Assembly: GCA_025463515.1 (NCBI GenBank)
Contig: JAODAQ010000053.1
Location: 62,735 to 126,734 of the forward strand
DNA: 64,000 nt
Reading direction: 5' to 3'
DNA from: Rhodoglobus sp.
Lineage (GTDB): Bacteria > Actinomycetota > Actinomycetes > Actinomycetales > Microbacteriaceae
Shown here: positions 9,389-20,612 of the stretch, piece by piece
Layout of the letters: each line of letters begins with the position of its first letter
Position numbering within the stretch: the stretch's first letter is position 1
Notes under the pieces: model-generated
Databases searched by the model: none
What the model was told of the DNA's origin: nothing
What the model saw: only the letters and a program-made list of their open reading frames with translations
Translations under genes and position numbers: made by a program

Positions 9389-9871
9389 ATGTCACAGACA
9401 TCCAAGACACTCAGAATCACCCTCGCGGGTGCACTCGTTCTGCCGGCTCTGGCCTTTGCCCTTTCGGGATGCACAGGCTCTACGCCATCCCAGGTGCTGC
9501 CTTCTGAGAGCAGCACGGGCCAGCCGGCAGACACCCCTTCGATGGGCGGCATGGACATGGGCGGCGACACCGTCGTCACCATGAGCCTCAAGTTCATGCC
9601 GACCGACATCACCGTGCACGTGGGCGACACCGTCACGTGGAAGAACGGCGAGACCATCGGCCACACCATCACGTCGGGCGAGTGGGGAATGGTCAACGAG
9701 TCCACCGGGCTCCGCGGCGAGCAGACCCCCGACGGCATGTTCGACCACGCGCTGAGCCCCAAGGGCCAGGACGGCGACACCTTCAGCTTCACCTTCGACA
9801 AGGCCGGCACCTACCTGTACTACTGCCAGCCGCACCTGACCATGAACGCCAAGGTCATCGTCGAGCCGTAG
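9389..9871 (+). CDS. Cupredoxin (plastocyanin/azurin-like) copper-binding lipoprotein
   Basis: Signal peptide with lipobox LSGC. Type-1 Cu ligand pattern: H in GHTITSG, then YYCQPHLTM (C-x2-H-x2-M). Confidence 0.8.
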   Translation: MSQTSKTLRITLAGALVLPALAFALSGCTGSTPSQVLPSESSTGQPADTPSMGGMDMGGDTVVTMSLKFMPTDITVHVGDTVTWKNGETIGHTITSGEWGMVNESTGLRGEQTPDGMFDHALSPKGQDGDTFSFTFDKAGTYLYYCQPHLTMNAKVIVEP

Positions 9872-9924
9872 GGCACCAAGAACTTGCACCTGGGAACTGC
9901 AAAAACACCAACTAGGAGAAACTC

Positions 9925-10593
9925 ATGCGCAAGATCACCGCTTTCGCCGGCCTCGGCCTCGCAACGGCACTCGTCCTCACCGGTTGCTCCATGGCCGCTA
10001 CCGACACCCCCGCCACGGATGACACGACCACGACGGTCGTCGACACCGTCAACAGCGACGGCTCGGGGCTCCGCGCCGCGATCCAGGCTGCGCTCTACGA
10101 CCACGTGTACCTCGCCGGTGCCGCGATCAACCAGGCCCTTGCCGATGGTGGCGACCTGACCGCGCCCAAGACCGCGGCCGCCGTGCAGGCGCTCGACGAC
10201 AACTCGGTCGCCGTGTCGAAGCTCATCGGCTCCGTCTACCCGGATGCCGAGCAGCCGTTCCTCGACTCCTGGCGCTCGCACATCCCGTTCTTCGTCGACT
10301 ACACCCTCGGCAAGGTCACGGGGGACCAGGCGAAGGTCGACAAGGCAGTCTCCGACCTCGGCGCGTACGCGGTCTCGTTCGGCCAGCTGATCAACTCGGT
10401 AGTCCCCGAGCTGCCGGCCGAGGCCGTACAGGCCGAGCTCGAGGCTCACGCCACGTCGCTCCTCGCGGCGATTGACGCGAACATCGCGGGCGACCCGTCG
10501 TACTACACCCTCCTTCAGGAGGCCGCCGCTCACATGCAGATGACGGCAACCGCTCTCGCCGGTGGCATCGCCGCCAACAAGGGCATCGAGTAA
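9925..10593 (+). CDS. Lipoprotein, unknown function
   Basis: AGGAGA SD site, signal peptide with lipobox LTGC, helical Ala-rich body. Confidence 0.65.
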   Translation: MRKITAFAGLGLATALVLTGCSMAATDTPATDDTTTTVVDTVNSDGSGLRAAIQAALYDHVYLAGAAINQALADGGDLTAPKTAAAVQALDDNSVAVSKLIGSVYPDAEQPFLDSWRSHIPFFVDYTLGKVTGDQAKVDKAVSDLGAYAVSFGQLINSVVPELPAEAVQAELEAHATSLLAAIDANIAGDPSYYTLLQEAAAHMQMTATALAGGIAANKGIE

Positions 10594-10606
10594 CCACTCA
10601 CTGATA

Positions 10607-10637
10607 GCGGCGGGGGAGACACGCTCTTCCCCGCCGC
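10607..10637 (+). terminator. Intrinsic terminator candidate
   Basis: GCGGCGGGG / CCCCGCCGC 9-bp stem followed by TTCTGGTTT, 14 nt after the lipoprotein stop. Confidence 0.5.
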
Positions 10638-10659
10638 TTCTGGTTTAAGGAGCATCCCC

Positions 10660-11070
10660 ATGAAGATCGCAGCCGCCATCGTCGCCGCGCTCGCTCTCGC
10701 CGTCAACGCGTTCATCCACTTCCAGCTCGCCGGGCCGTTCGACGGCAACCCGGGCGCGCTCATCAGCCAGGGCGGGCTGTTCCGCGTGCAGGCCGTCGTC
10801 GACATCCTCGCCGCCGTTCTCATCGTCGCTCGCCCGCGCCGCTGGACCGCGCTGATCGCCGGGGTCGTCGCCCTGGGCGGGCTTGCACTCATCCTCATCA
10901 CCGTGAGCGTTCCGCTGGATCTCACGGCAATCGGTTTGCCCTACCTCTACGAACCTTCTTGGTACCAGGACAAGGTTGTGTCGGCAGTGGCCCAAGTGCT
11001 CGCTGCCGTAGCCGCCCTGATCGTGGCGCTGAAGTCAAGAGCGACGGCAACACCGTCGACAAAGAGGTAG
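10660..11070 (+). CDS. Integral membrane protein, unknown function
   Basis: 136 aa with four hydrophobic segments. AAGGAG SD site. Confidence 0.65.
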   Translation: MKIAAAIVAALALAVNAFIHFQLAGPFDGNPGALISQGGLFRVQAVVDILAAVLIVARPRRWTALIAGVVALGGLALILITVSVPLDLTAIGLPYLYEPSWYQDKVVSAVAQVLAAVAALIVALKSRATATPSTKR

Positions 11071-11077
11071 GGCTGAC

Positions 11078-11677
11078 ATGCTGGAGACCGTGACTGCTGA
11101 CAACGACGTGACAGCCGAGGGCCAGGCCCCCGCCGCTCGCCTGCAGGACCTTCTGGAGCGAGTCGCCCAGGCCGATCAGCGCGCGTTCTCCGAGCTGTAC
11201 GACGCCCTGTCGCCCCGTGTGTTCGGCCTGATCAAGCGCCTGCTGCGCGACCACGCGCAGTCGGAGGAGGTCACGCAGGAGGTTTTCCTGGAGATCTGGC
11301 AAACTGCTACGCGCTTCGATCCGAATAAGGGTGGAGCAACGACGTGGATCCTCACGATGGCCCACCGTCGTGCGGTGGACCGGGTGCGGTCCTCGCAGTC
11401 GTCGCGCGACCGAGACACCCGCATCGGCATCCGCGACTACAAGGTCGACTACGACCATGTCTCTGAAACCATTGAAGTCCGTCTCGAGCACGAAAGGGTG
11501 GAGAAAGCCATGACACGTCTTACCGAACTGCAGCGCCAGGCCGTCTCCCTCGCGTACTACGGCGGCTACAGCCACAGCGAGGTGGCGCAGATGCTCTCGG
11601 TGCCGATCGGCACGGTCAAGACCCGACTGCGCGACGGCATGATCCGCCTGCGCGATGAACTGGGGGTGACCTCATGA
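11078..11677 (+). CDS. sigK: ECF sigma factor, SigK-like
   Basis: Sigma-70 region 2 (AFSELYDALSPRVFGLIKRLLRD...EVTQEVFLEIW) and region 4 (LTELQRQAVSLAYYGGYSHSEVAQMLSVPIGTVKTRL). ATGA-coupled to an RskA-type anti-sigma gene. Confidence 0.85.
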   Translation: MLETVTADNDVTAEGQAPAARLQDLLERVAQADQRAFSELYDALSPRVFGLIKRLLRDHAQSEEVTQEVFLEIWQTATRFDPNKGGATTWILTMAHRRAVDRVRSSQSSRDRDTRIGIRDYKVDYDHVSETIEVRLEHERVEKAMTRLTELQRQAVSLAYYGGYSHSEVAQMLSVPIGTVKTRLRDGMIRLRDELGVTS

Positions 11678-12435
11678 CCCGCAAGGATGACGCGAGCCTC
11701 TCCGGCGCCTACGCCCTGAACGCTCTCGACGCCGAGGAGGCCAAGGCCTTCGAGGCCCACCTCGCCGAGAACGAGGAGACCCGCAACGAGGTGACCGAGC
11801 TCGCCGATACCGCGGTGCTGCTCGGCCTCGCGGTCGCCCCCGAGACTCCGCCCGCGTCGCTCAAGGCCAGCATCATGGCCCAGCTCGCGACGACGCCCCA
11901 GCTCGACCGCGAGCCGGTGACATCTCCGGATGCCCGCTTCGCAGGCCGCGCGGAGACCGCAGCGCAGGCGCGCTGGTTCCAGCGACCGGTGAACGCCATC
12001 ATCGGGATCGCGGCTGCCGTCGCCCTCATCATCGGCGGCGGTGTGGCCGTGAACGCGATCAGCACGAACGTGACGCAGTCCGCCGAGGCGAACCAGCTCG
12101 CGGCGATCCAGGCTGCCTCCGACTCGCAGAGCCTCAAGGGCTCCGTCGCCGGTGGCGGCAAGGCGACCCTCGTGTACGCGCCGAGCCTCAAGGCCTCTGC
12201 GCTCATCGTCGAGGGAATGAACGCGCTGCCCGCCGACAAGGTCTACGAGCTCTGGTACATCAACGAGGCGGGCGCGCGCCCGGCCGGTACCTTCACCATC
12301 GGCCCCGACGGCAAGATGTGGCAGGTGCTCGAGGGCACGATGACCCCGGGCGATGCCGTCGGCGTGACCGTGGAGCCGCACGGCGGCTCGACTGCCCCGA
12401 CCACCGACCCGGTGCTGGTGATCGCTAGCGCCTGA
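11674..12435 (+). CDS. rskA: Anti-sigma-K factor RskA
   Basis: N-terminal anti-sigma helix (LSGAYALNALDAEEAKAFEAHL), one TM segment, and the RskA C-terminal domain (YELWYINEAGARPAGTF...GVTVEPHGGS). Confidence 0.8.
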   Translation: MTRKDDASLSGAYALNALDAEEAKAFEAHLAENEETRNEVTELADTAVLLGLAVAPETPPASLKASIMAQLATTPQLDREPVTSPDARFAGRAETAAQARWFQRPVNAIIGIAAAVALIIGGGVAVNAISTNVTQSAEANQLAAIQAASDSQSLKGSVAGGGKATLVYAPSLKASALIVEGMNALPADKVYELWYINEAGARPAGTFTIGPDGKMWQVLEGTMTPGDAVGVTVEPHGGSTAPTTDPVLVIASA

Positions 12436-12438
12436 TCT

Positions 12439-12511
12439 CTGCGCGATCTGCTCGACCTGCGCGACTGCGCGACTGCGCGACCTCTGCACGACCTGCGCGA
12501 CCTCTGCACGG
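12439..12511. repeat. Short tandem repeats (CTGCGCGA x3 and a ~20-mer x1.5)
   Basis: CTGCGCGA occurs in tandem at 12457-12480. CCTCTGCACGACCTGCGCGA is then partly repeated, immediately after the rskA stop. Confidence 0.7.
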
Positions 12512-12674
12512 CCGAGGGCCCCGGGAAGCATCCTGGGGCCTTCGTTGTGCGGTCGGGCGCCCTGCGCTGAGGGGCCACTTTCTGCGGCCGGCCCCGGTCT
12601 CGTCGCAACAACTGGCCCTCGGCCGGCTGCGATGAAGTAAGGCGAAATCGCCTAGCCGCCCTCGACCCTCGCCC

Positions 12675-12726
12675 AACTTCCCCATATGGCTGTTCCCGAG
12701 CCCCGGAACAGCCATATGGGGAAGTT
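12675..12726. repeat. Perfect 22-bp inverted repeat (hairpin)
   Basis: AACTTCCCCATATGGCTGTTCC / GGAACAGCCATATGGGGAAGTT with an 8-nt loop. Confidence 0.85.
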
Positions 12727-12727
12727 C

Positions 12728-12827
12728 GCGGCGGCGGCGGCGGCGGCGGGGGCGGGGGCGGTGCGGGACGGTGCGGCGCGGGACGGGACGGGACGGTGCG
12801 GCGCGGGACGGGACGGGGCGGGGCGGG
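12728..12827 (+). repeat. (GGC)n plus a G-run tandem tract (G-quadruplex-prone)
   Basis: (GGC)6-7, then GGGGGCGGGGG, then a repeated GGGACGG(TGCGGCGC)GGGACGGGAC unit. 12805-12827 reads GGGacGGGacGGGGcGGGGcGGG. Confidence 0.75.
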
Positions 12828-12861
12828 ACGCGGTCGTCCGCCGCCGGGTCCGCGCGCATCC

Positions 12862-12938
12862 TTCGACACGATGCGGAGGTTTCGGCGACCGCATGGTGTC
12901 GAAACCTCCGCATGGGCGGACGGGCCGGCGCCCGAGAC
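12862..12938. repeat. Overlapping alternative hairpins (ATGCGGAGGTTTCG core) plus a conserved tail
   Basis: GACACGATGCGG/CCGCATGGTGTC and ATGCGGAGGTTTCG/CGAAACCTCCGCAT are mutually exclusive stems. The tail CCGCATGGGCGGACGGGCCGGCGCCCGAGA recurs at 41133-41165. Confidence 0.7.
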
Positions 12939-12955
12939 GAGCCATTAAGTGGGCT

Positions 12956-13007
12956 GAGCCTGTCGACATCCCCTCACGTAGAGCGTGGGTGAGATGTCGA
13001 CAGGCTC
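12956..13007 (-). terminator. Long hairpin downstream of pstB (terminator candidate)
   Basis: Perfect 15-bp arms GAGCCTGTCGACATC / GATGTCGACAGGCTC, extendable by CTCAC/GTGAG. It starts 17 nt past the pstB stop. Confidence 0.5.
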
Positions 13008-13024
13008 AATCCGCCCAAGAAGGA

Positions 13025-13804
13025 TCAACCGAACTTGCCGGAGACGTAGTCCTCGGTCGCCTGCACGGACGGCTTCGAGAACATCGTGACCGTGTCGTCG
13101 TACTCGATGAGCTTGCCGGGCTTGCCGGTGCCCGCGATGTTGAAGAAGGCGGTCTTGTCGGAGACGCGCGATGCCTGCTGCATGTTGTGGGTCACGATCA
13201 CGATCGTGTACTCCTGCTTGAGCTCCTCGATGAGGTCCTCGATGGCGAGCGTGGAGATGGGGTCGAGGGCCGAGCACGGCTCGTCCATGAGGATGACCTC
13301 GGGCGAGACGGCGATCGCGCGGGCGATGCAGAGGCGCTGCTGCTGGCCGCCCGAGAGGCCGGAGCCGGGGAGCGCCAGGCGGTCCTTGACCTCGTTCCAG
13401 AGGTTGGCGCCCTGGAGCGACTTCTCGACGAGGTCGTCGCCCTCGCTCCTCGACATGCGGCGGTTGTTGAGCTTGACGCCCGCGAGCACGTTGTCGCGGA
13501 TCGACATCGTCGGGAACGGGTTCGGGCGCTGGAACACCATGCCGACCTGCCGGCGCACGAGCACGGGATCGACGCCCGGGCCGTAGAGGTTGTTGCCGTC
13601 GATGAGCACCTCGCCCTCGACGTAGGCACCGGGGATCACCTCGTGCATGCGGTTGAGCGTGCGGAGGAACGTCGACTTGCCGCAGCCGGAGGGGCCGATG
13701 AACGCGGTCACCGTGCGGGGCTCGATCGACAGCGAGACGCCCTCGACGGCCTTGAACTTGCTGTAGTAGACGTTGAGGTCGTTGACTTCGATGCGCTTGG
13801 ACAT
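13025..13804 (-). CDS. pstB: Phosphate ABC transporter ATP-binding protein PstB
   Basis: Walker [18 protein letters not shown] signature, Walker B ILMDEP, typical PstB C-terminus. Confidence 0.95.
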   Translation of the reverse strand: MSKRIEVNDLNVYYSKFKAVEGVSLSIEPRTVTAFIGPSGCGKSTFLRTLNRMHEVIPGAYVEGEVLIDGNNLYGPGVDPVLVRRQVGMVFQRPNPFPTMSIRDNVLAGVKLNNRRMSRSEGDDLVEKSLQGANLWNEVKDRLALPGSGLSGGQQQRLCIARAIAVSPEVILMDEPCSALDPISTLAIEDLIEELKQEYTIVIVTHNMQQASRVSDKTAFFNIAGTGKPGKLIEYDDTVTMFSKPSVQATEDYVSGKFG

Positions 13805-13833
13805 GATTCCTGTCTGGGTCTGAAGGGGTAGGG

Positions 13834-14916
13834 TCAGCGGCCGAGTTTGGGCGAGAAGATGCGGGCGACGAGCCGCGCGATGAGGTTGAGCAGCATGACG
13901 ATGACGATGAGGGTCAGCGCTCCGGCCCAGGCCCGGTCGAGGTACGGCTGCACGTCAGAGCCGGGGTTGGCGTACTGGGTGTAGACGAAGACGGGGAGCG
14001 ACATCATCCGGTCGTCGAACAGGTCGTAGTTCATGCTCGCGGTGAACCCGGAGATGATCAGCAGCGGCGCGGTCTCGCCGATGACGCGCGCGATGGCGAG
14101 CGTCACACCGGTAGTGATGCCGGCGATCGAGGTCGGGATCACGATGCGCAGAATGGTGAGCCACTTCGGCACCCCGAGCGCGTACGCGGCCTCGCGCAGC
14201 TCGTTCGGGACGAGCTTGAGCATCTCCTCGCTCGAGCGCACCACGACCGGGATCATGAGCAGCGAGAGCGCGACAGAGCCGCCGAAACCGAACCGGATGC
14301 CCGGATCGTGCAGTACCAGGTCGAAGAACGCGAAGGCGAACAGGCCGGCGACGATCGACGGGATGCCCGTCATGACGTCCACGAAGAAGGTGATCGCGCG
14401 CGCGAGCGCTCCGCGGCCGTACTCCACGAGGTAGACCGCCGTGAGCAGCCCGACCGGGACCGAGATGAGCGCCGCCATGCCGGTGATCTCGAGGGTGCCG
14501 ACGATCGCGTGCAGGGCGCCGCCGCCCTCGCCGACCACGTTGCGCATCGAGCTCGAGAAGAAGCTCAGGTCGAAGCGGGGCAGGCCGTTCGAGACCACCG
14601 TGTAGAGCAGCGAGATGAGCGGGATCAGCGCGAGGATGAACGCCGTCGCGACGAGCGAGGTGACCAGGCGGTCCTTCGCCTGACGGATGCCCTCCACGAG
14701 GTAGGCCAGCACGAAGATCGCCACGTCGAACAGCACCGTGCCGAGTACGAGGGCCGCCGCGATGTTGAACTCGGTGCCGTTGGCCGCCGCCATGAACGCG
14801 AAGACCACGATCATGATGACCCAGCTGCCGGCGAGGATCACCCAGGGGCTCCACTTGGGCAGGCGCCCCGTGGTCAGCGAGTTGACGATGCCGGTGGCCT
14901 CGGTGGTCGTGGTCAT
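13834..14916 (-). CDS. pstA: Phosphate ABC transporter permease PstA
   Basis: ATG at 14916 forms an ATGA overlap with the pstC stop. Has the EAA-like loop [11 protein letters not shown]. The 599-aa track ORF is an artefactual extension. Confidence 0.9.
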   Translation of the reverse strand: MTTTTEATGIVNSLTTGRLPKWSPWVILAGSWVIMIVVFAFMAAANGTEFNIAAALVLGTVLFDVAIFVLAYLVEGIRQAKDRLVTSLVATAFILALIPLISLLYTVVSNGLPRFDLSFFSSSMRNVVGEGGGALHAIVGTLEITGMAALISVPVGLLTAVYLVEYGRGALARAITFFVDVMTGIPSIVAGLFAFAFFDLVLHDPGIRFGFGGSVALSLLMIPVVVRSSEEMLKLVPNELREAAYALGVPKWLTILRIVIPTSIAGITTGVTLAIARVIGETAPLLIISGFTASMNYDLFDDRMMSLPVFVYTQYANPGSDVQPYLDRAWAGALTLIVIVMLLNLIARLVARIFSPKLGR

Positions 14917-15857
14917 CAGTTCGCTCCGGAGAATGCCTTGCGGCGGTTGATGACGACGCGGGCGATCGAGTTGATCACGAGCGTGATGCCGAACAGGATG
15001 AGGCCGGTAGCGATGAGCGCGTTGACATCCACGCCGTGCGCCTCGGGGAAGTTGAGCGCGATGTTGCCGGCGATCGTGGAGGAGTTCTGCGAGCCGGTGA
15101 GCACGAAGGTGATGAGGCCGGGCGAGGGGGAGAGCACCATCGCGACGACCATGGTCTCGCCGAGAGCGCGGCCGAGGCCGAGCATCGCCGCCGAGATCAT
15201 GCCCGGGCGGCCGAACGGGATGACCGCCATCTGGATCATCTCCCAGCGCGTGGCGCCGAGGGCCAGTGCGGCCTCCTCGTGGAGGCGCGGCGTCTGCAGG
15301 AAGACCTCGCGCGAGACGGCGGTGATGATCGGGATGATCATGACGGCGAGCACGATGGCGACGGTGAGGATGGTGCGGCCCGTGCCGGAGACCGGCGGGG
15401 CGAAGAGCGGGAACCAGCCGGCGTTGTCGACGAGCCATCCGTAGAGCGGGGTGACTGCCGGGGCCAGGACCTTGATGCCCCAGAGGCCGAAGACGACGGA
15501 GGGGACGGCGGCCAGCAGGTCGATGATGTAGCCGAGGCCCTGCGCGACGCGGCGCGGGGCGTAGTGCGAGATGAAGAGCGCGATGCCGAAGGAGATCGGC
15601 AGGGCCATCAGCAGGGCGAGGAAGGCCGCCCATACCGAGCCGAAGGCGAGGGGGAGGACGTAGGCCCAGAAGCTGGAGGGCGAGCCCTTCAGGTCGGCCG
15701 GGTCAGCGACGAGAGCGGGGATGCTCTGCGCGACCAGGAAGATGGCGACCGCCGCGAGGGCCAGCAGGATGAGACTGCCGGCGACGAGGGTGGCAGTGGA
15801 GAAGATTCGGTCTGCGGGTCGGAGCTTGGCTCTCGGCGACGCGGTTGCTGTCGTCAT
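14916..15857 (-). CDS. pstC: Phosphate ABC transporter permease PstC
   Basis: 313 aa, multi-TM, EAALALGATRWE loop. Confidence 0.9.
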   Translation of the reverse strand: MTTATASPRAKLRPADRIFSTATLVAGSLILLALAAVAIFLVAQSIPALVADPADLKGSPSSFWAYVLPLAFGSVWAAFLALLMALPISFGIALFISHYAPRRVAQGLGYIIDLLAAVPSVVFGLWGIKVLAPAVTPLYGWLVDNAGWFPLFAPPVSGTGRTILTVAIVLAVMIIPIITAVSREVFLQTPRLHEEAALALGATRWEMIQMAVIPFGRPGMISAAMLGLGRALGETMVVAMVLSPSPGLITFVLTGSQNSSTIAGNIALNFPEAHGVDVNALIATGLILFGITLVINSIARVVINRRKAFSGAN

Positions 15858-15982
15858 TCCTGTCTTCCTGCGAGACCTGGCGGTCGGAGTGGGGGAGTGG
15901 GTCCAAGTCTGTCGGGCTGCGACCCTGCGTGCAATCGCACGCGAGCCGCAGCCCGACAGGTACTACAAGGTGTGGCTAGCTA

Positions 15983-17074
15983 CTACTTGATGGTCGCGAT
16001 CGCGGCTGCGACCTTGGCCGAGAGCTCGGCCGAGAGGGGCGCGGAACCGGCGGAGGTAGCGGCCTCCTGCTGGCCCTCGTCGCTCGTGATGTAGGAGAGG
16101 AACGCCTTCACGTTCGGGGCGGCCTCCGCATCGGTGAACTCGAGGCAGGTGACGATGTAGCTCACGAGCACGACCGGGTAGTGGGTCGGGTCCGTGGTGA
16201 GGCGGTCGATGCTGATCGACAGGTCGGTGGCGGACGCGGTGGCGCCAGCCGGGGACTCGGCGACGACAGCTGCAGCGCCCTCAGCGGACGGCTTGACGAA
16301 CTCGTCGCCGACCTTGACCGCGACGACGCCGAGCTTGGCTGCCTTCGAGGCGTCGGCGTAGCCGATGGTGTTGGTGCCGTTGGTCACGGCGTCAACGACA
16401 CCCGAGGTGCCCTGTGCGGCCTCGCCGACCGTGTAGGGGAAGGCGTCAGCAGCGGGGGCGTCCCAGATCTCCGGGGCGACCTTGTTCAGGAAGTCCGTGA
16501 AGTTCTTGGTGGTACCCGAGTCGTCCGAGCGGTGCACGGCGGTGATGGGAGCCGAGGGAAGCGTCACGCCGTCGTTGAGAGCGGCGATGGCCGGGTCATC
16601 CCACGAGGTGATGGTGCCCTTGAAGATGCCGCCGATGGTCGCAGCGTCGAGGTTGAGGTCGGTGACGCCCTCAACGTTGAAGATGACGGCGATCGGGGAG
16701 ATGTAGACGGGCACCTGGAGGTAGCCGCTGTCCGCGACGCAACCGGCGAAGCCGCCGTCGATCTCCTCCTGCTTGAGGGCGGAGTCGGTGCCGGCGAAGT
16801 CAACGCCACCGGCGATGAACGCCTCGCGGCCCGCACCGGAGCCGGCGGGGTCGTAGTTGATGGTCACGTCGGGGTTGGCCGTCTGGAACGCGGCGACCCA
16901 GGCCTCCTGGGCCGAGCCCTGCGAGGACGCGCCGGAGCCGTCGATCGTGCCGGAGAGGGTGCTCTCGGGCGCGTCGGTCTCGGCGGGGGTTCCCTCGTTT
17001 GCTGCACACGAGGAGAGCAGGATGGTGCCTGCGATAGCAATGGCACCGATGGTGCCAAGGCGCTTGAAGTTCAC
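15983..17074 (-). CDS. pstS: Phosphate-binding lipoprotein PstS
   Basis: GTG 17074 is preceded by AAAGGGA. Lipobox LSSC; GSGASSQ and RSDDSGTT phosphate-binding motifs. Confidence 0.9.
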   Translation of the reverse strand: MNFKRLGTIGAIAIAGTILLSSCAANEGTPAETDAPESTLSGTIDGSGASSQGSAQEAWVAAFQTANPDVTINYDPAGSGAGREAFIAGGVDFAGTDSALKQEEIDGGFAGCVADSGYLQVPVYISPIAVIFNVEGVTDLNLDAATIGGIFKGTITSWDDPAIAALNDGVTLPSAPITAVHRSDDSGTTKNFTDFLNKVAPEIWDAPAADAFPYTVGEAAQGTSGVVDAVTNGTNTIGYADASKAAKLGVVAVKVGDEFVKPSAEGAAAVVAESPAGATASATDLSISIDRLTTDPTHYPVVLVSYIVTCLEFTDAEAAPNVKAFLSYITSDEGQQEAATSAGSAPLSAELSAKVAAAIATIK

Positions 17075-17149
17075 AGTTATCCCTTTCAGGGTTCTGGGGA
17101 GGTAATTCAGGACGGGCCGGTGCGACCCTCGGACGACGATATGCACAGC

Positions 17150-17190
17150 GGTTAACCAAGGTCGGCCCCGCAGGTGAACGGGAGGTTAAC
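17150..17190 (-). promoter_or_regulatory. PHO-box-like 11-nt direct repeats upstream of pstS
   Basis: The minus strand reads GTTAACCTCCC GTTCACCTGCG gggccgacctt GGTTAACC, 76-116 nt upstream of the pstS start. Confidence 0.5.
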
Positions 17191-17223
17191 GCGGGCGGAA
17201 CTCGGGGCGCGGCTGCGCCGGTT

Positions 17224-18161
17224 CTACGCGGCGGAGTGCGTCTCTACCGCTACGAGCCCGGACTTCGGATGCTTCAGCGAGACGTGCAGCACAGTGAAGT
17301 CCCCGGTGCTGAGTGCGGCGGCCCGGCGCAGTGCGGCATCCGCCTCGGACTCGGTGCGCGCCGCTATCTCCGCGACGATGCGCGGCAGCACGGGCCCGTG
17401 GCTGCACAGCACAGCGCCGACCTTGCGCTTGAGGCGCTTCGCCACGACCTCGGGCACACCGGAGCTGCCCGATTCGTAGGCGTCCTGGCTGATGGCGTCG
17501 GTCGCTTTGACCGGGATGCCCGTGAGCTCCGACAGCGGAGCAACAGTGGAGAGGCAGCGCACCGCGGTGCTGCTGATGATGCGCTCCGGTGCGAACGCCG
17601 CGATCCCCTTGGCGATGCCGGCAGCCTGGTCGGCGCCGCGGTGCATGAGCGGGCGGGTCGAGTCCGGGCCATCCCACGCGCTAGGGTCGACGGCCTTGCC
17701 GTGGCGCACCGCGATGATCGGGAAGGTGCGCGCGTTGCCGGCCTTGAAGCGGGCGGCGAACCTGTCGATCACGTCGACATCGTGCGCGTAGCTGAGCTTC
17801 TTGCGGGCGTCTTTGAGGGAGAGCCACTCGAGCGAGGCGATCTCGTCGTTGGGCGTGAAGCGGGCGAGCTCGAGCATGTGGTCGTTGACCTCGGCAGACC
17901 AGTAGTACACGACCTTGTCGCGGCCGCCGGGCAGTTGGTACTCGACCGTGCCGAGCGGAGCGCCGAGCACGACCCCGAGGCCGGTCTCCTCCTGGATCTC
18001 GCGCACCGCCGTCTCGGGCAGCGTCTCGCCCGGGTCGACCTTGCCCTTGGGCAGGGAGACGTCGGCGCGGGCCGCGCGGAACACCACGAGCACCTTGGGC
18101 TTGCCCTCGACCATGCGCCAGCACACGGCTCCGGCGGCGAGGACCGGCGTCGCTGCCCCGG

Positions 18162-18165
<4 letters not shown>
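17224..18165 (-). CDS. mutT1: NUDIX hydrolase fused to a histidine-phosphatase domain (MutT1-like)
   Basis: Nudix box [22 protein letters not shown]; C-terminal RHG motif (IIAVRHGKA). GTGA overlap with the ppk1 stop. As I recall, the same pairing occurs in mycobacteria. Confidence 0.8.
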
Positions 18166-20342
<2,177 letters not shown>

Positions 20343-20365
20343 CCGCTAATCCTGCCACTGACGCG

Positions 20366-20382
20366 TGAACGCGCGATTAACT
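20366..20382 (-). promoter_or_regulatory. PHO-box-like direct repeat upstream of ppk1
   Basis: The minus strand reads GTTAATCGCGC GTTCACGCGTC (two 11-nt units), ending 24 nt upstream of the ppk1 ATG. Confidence 0.4.
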
Positions 20383-20395
20383 GGTACCACCGCCG

Positions 20396-20429
20396 GTTGA
20401 GTAGGCGCCCCGGCGCCGTATCGAAACCA
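20396..20429 (+). repeat. REP-A unit (forward)
   Basis: GGTTGAGTAG-GCGCCCCGGCGCC-GTATCGAAACC. Confidence 0.85.
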
Positions 20430-20612
20430 CAGCGGGACCCCGCGAGCCCGCGGGCAGCCGAGCTCTCCCGCGCGCCCGCGCCGCCGTGCGTCCCGGCGTC
20501 GACCCAGGCCTCGGCGCGGGCCTCCGTGCGGGCTCCGGCCGCCGTGCGTGCAGCCGTCGACCCAGGCCCCCGTGCGGGCTCTTGGCGCGGGCTCTTGGCG
20601 CGCCCGCAGCGC

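Noticed and set aside
12436-12835. Possible CRISPR array in the tandem-repeat tracts (also at 46385..46620 and 60286..60480).
   Set aside because: The repeat units are 5-20 nt, contiguous or irregular, and lack uniform ~30-nt spacers. No cas genes or leader are present. They are microsatellite or low-complexity repeats.
12686-13831. ORFs spanning repeat islands as real genes (12686..13831, 12243..12869, 46130..46687, 45910..46635, 60328..61272, 40922..41986).
   Set aside because: Their translations are low-complexity (poly-Ala/Gly/Arg/Pro) derived from G/C-rich repeats. They overlap well-supported genes on the other strand and have no SD sites or domains.
17105-17113. ATTCAGGAC upstream of pstS as a member of the TCAGGACA hairpin family.
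   Set aside because: It is a single 9-nt match with no inverted partner nearby, which could be chance.
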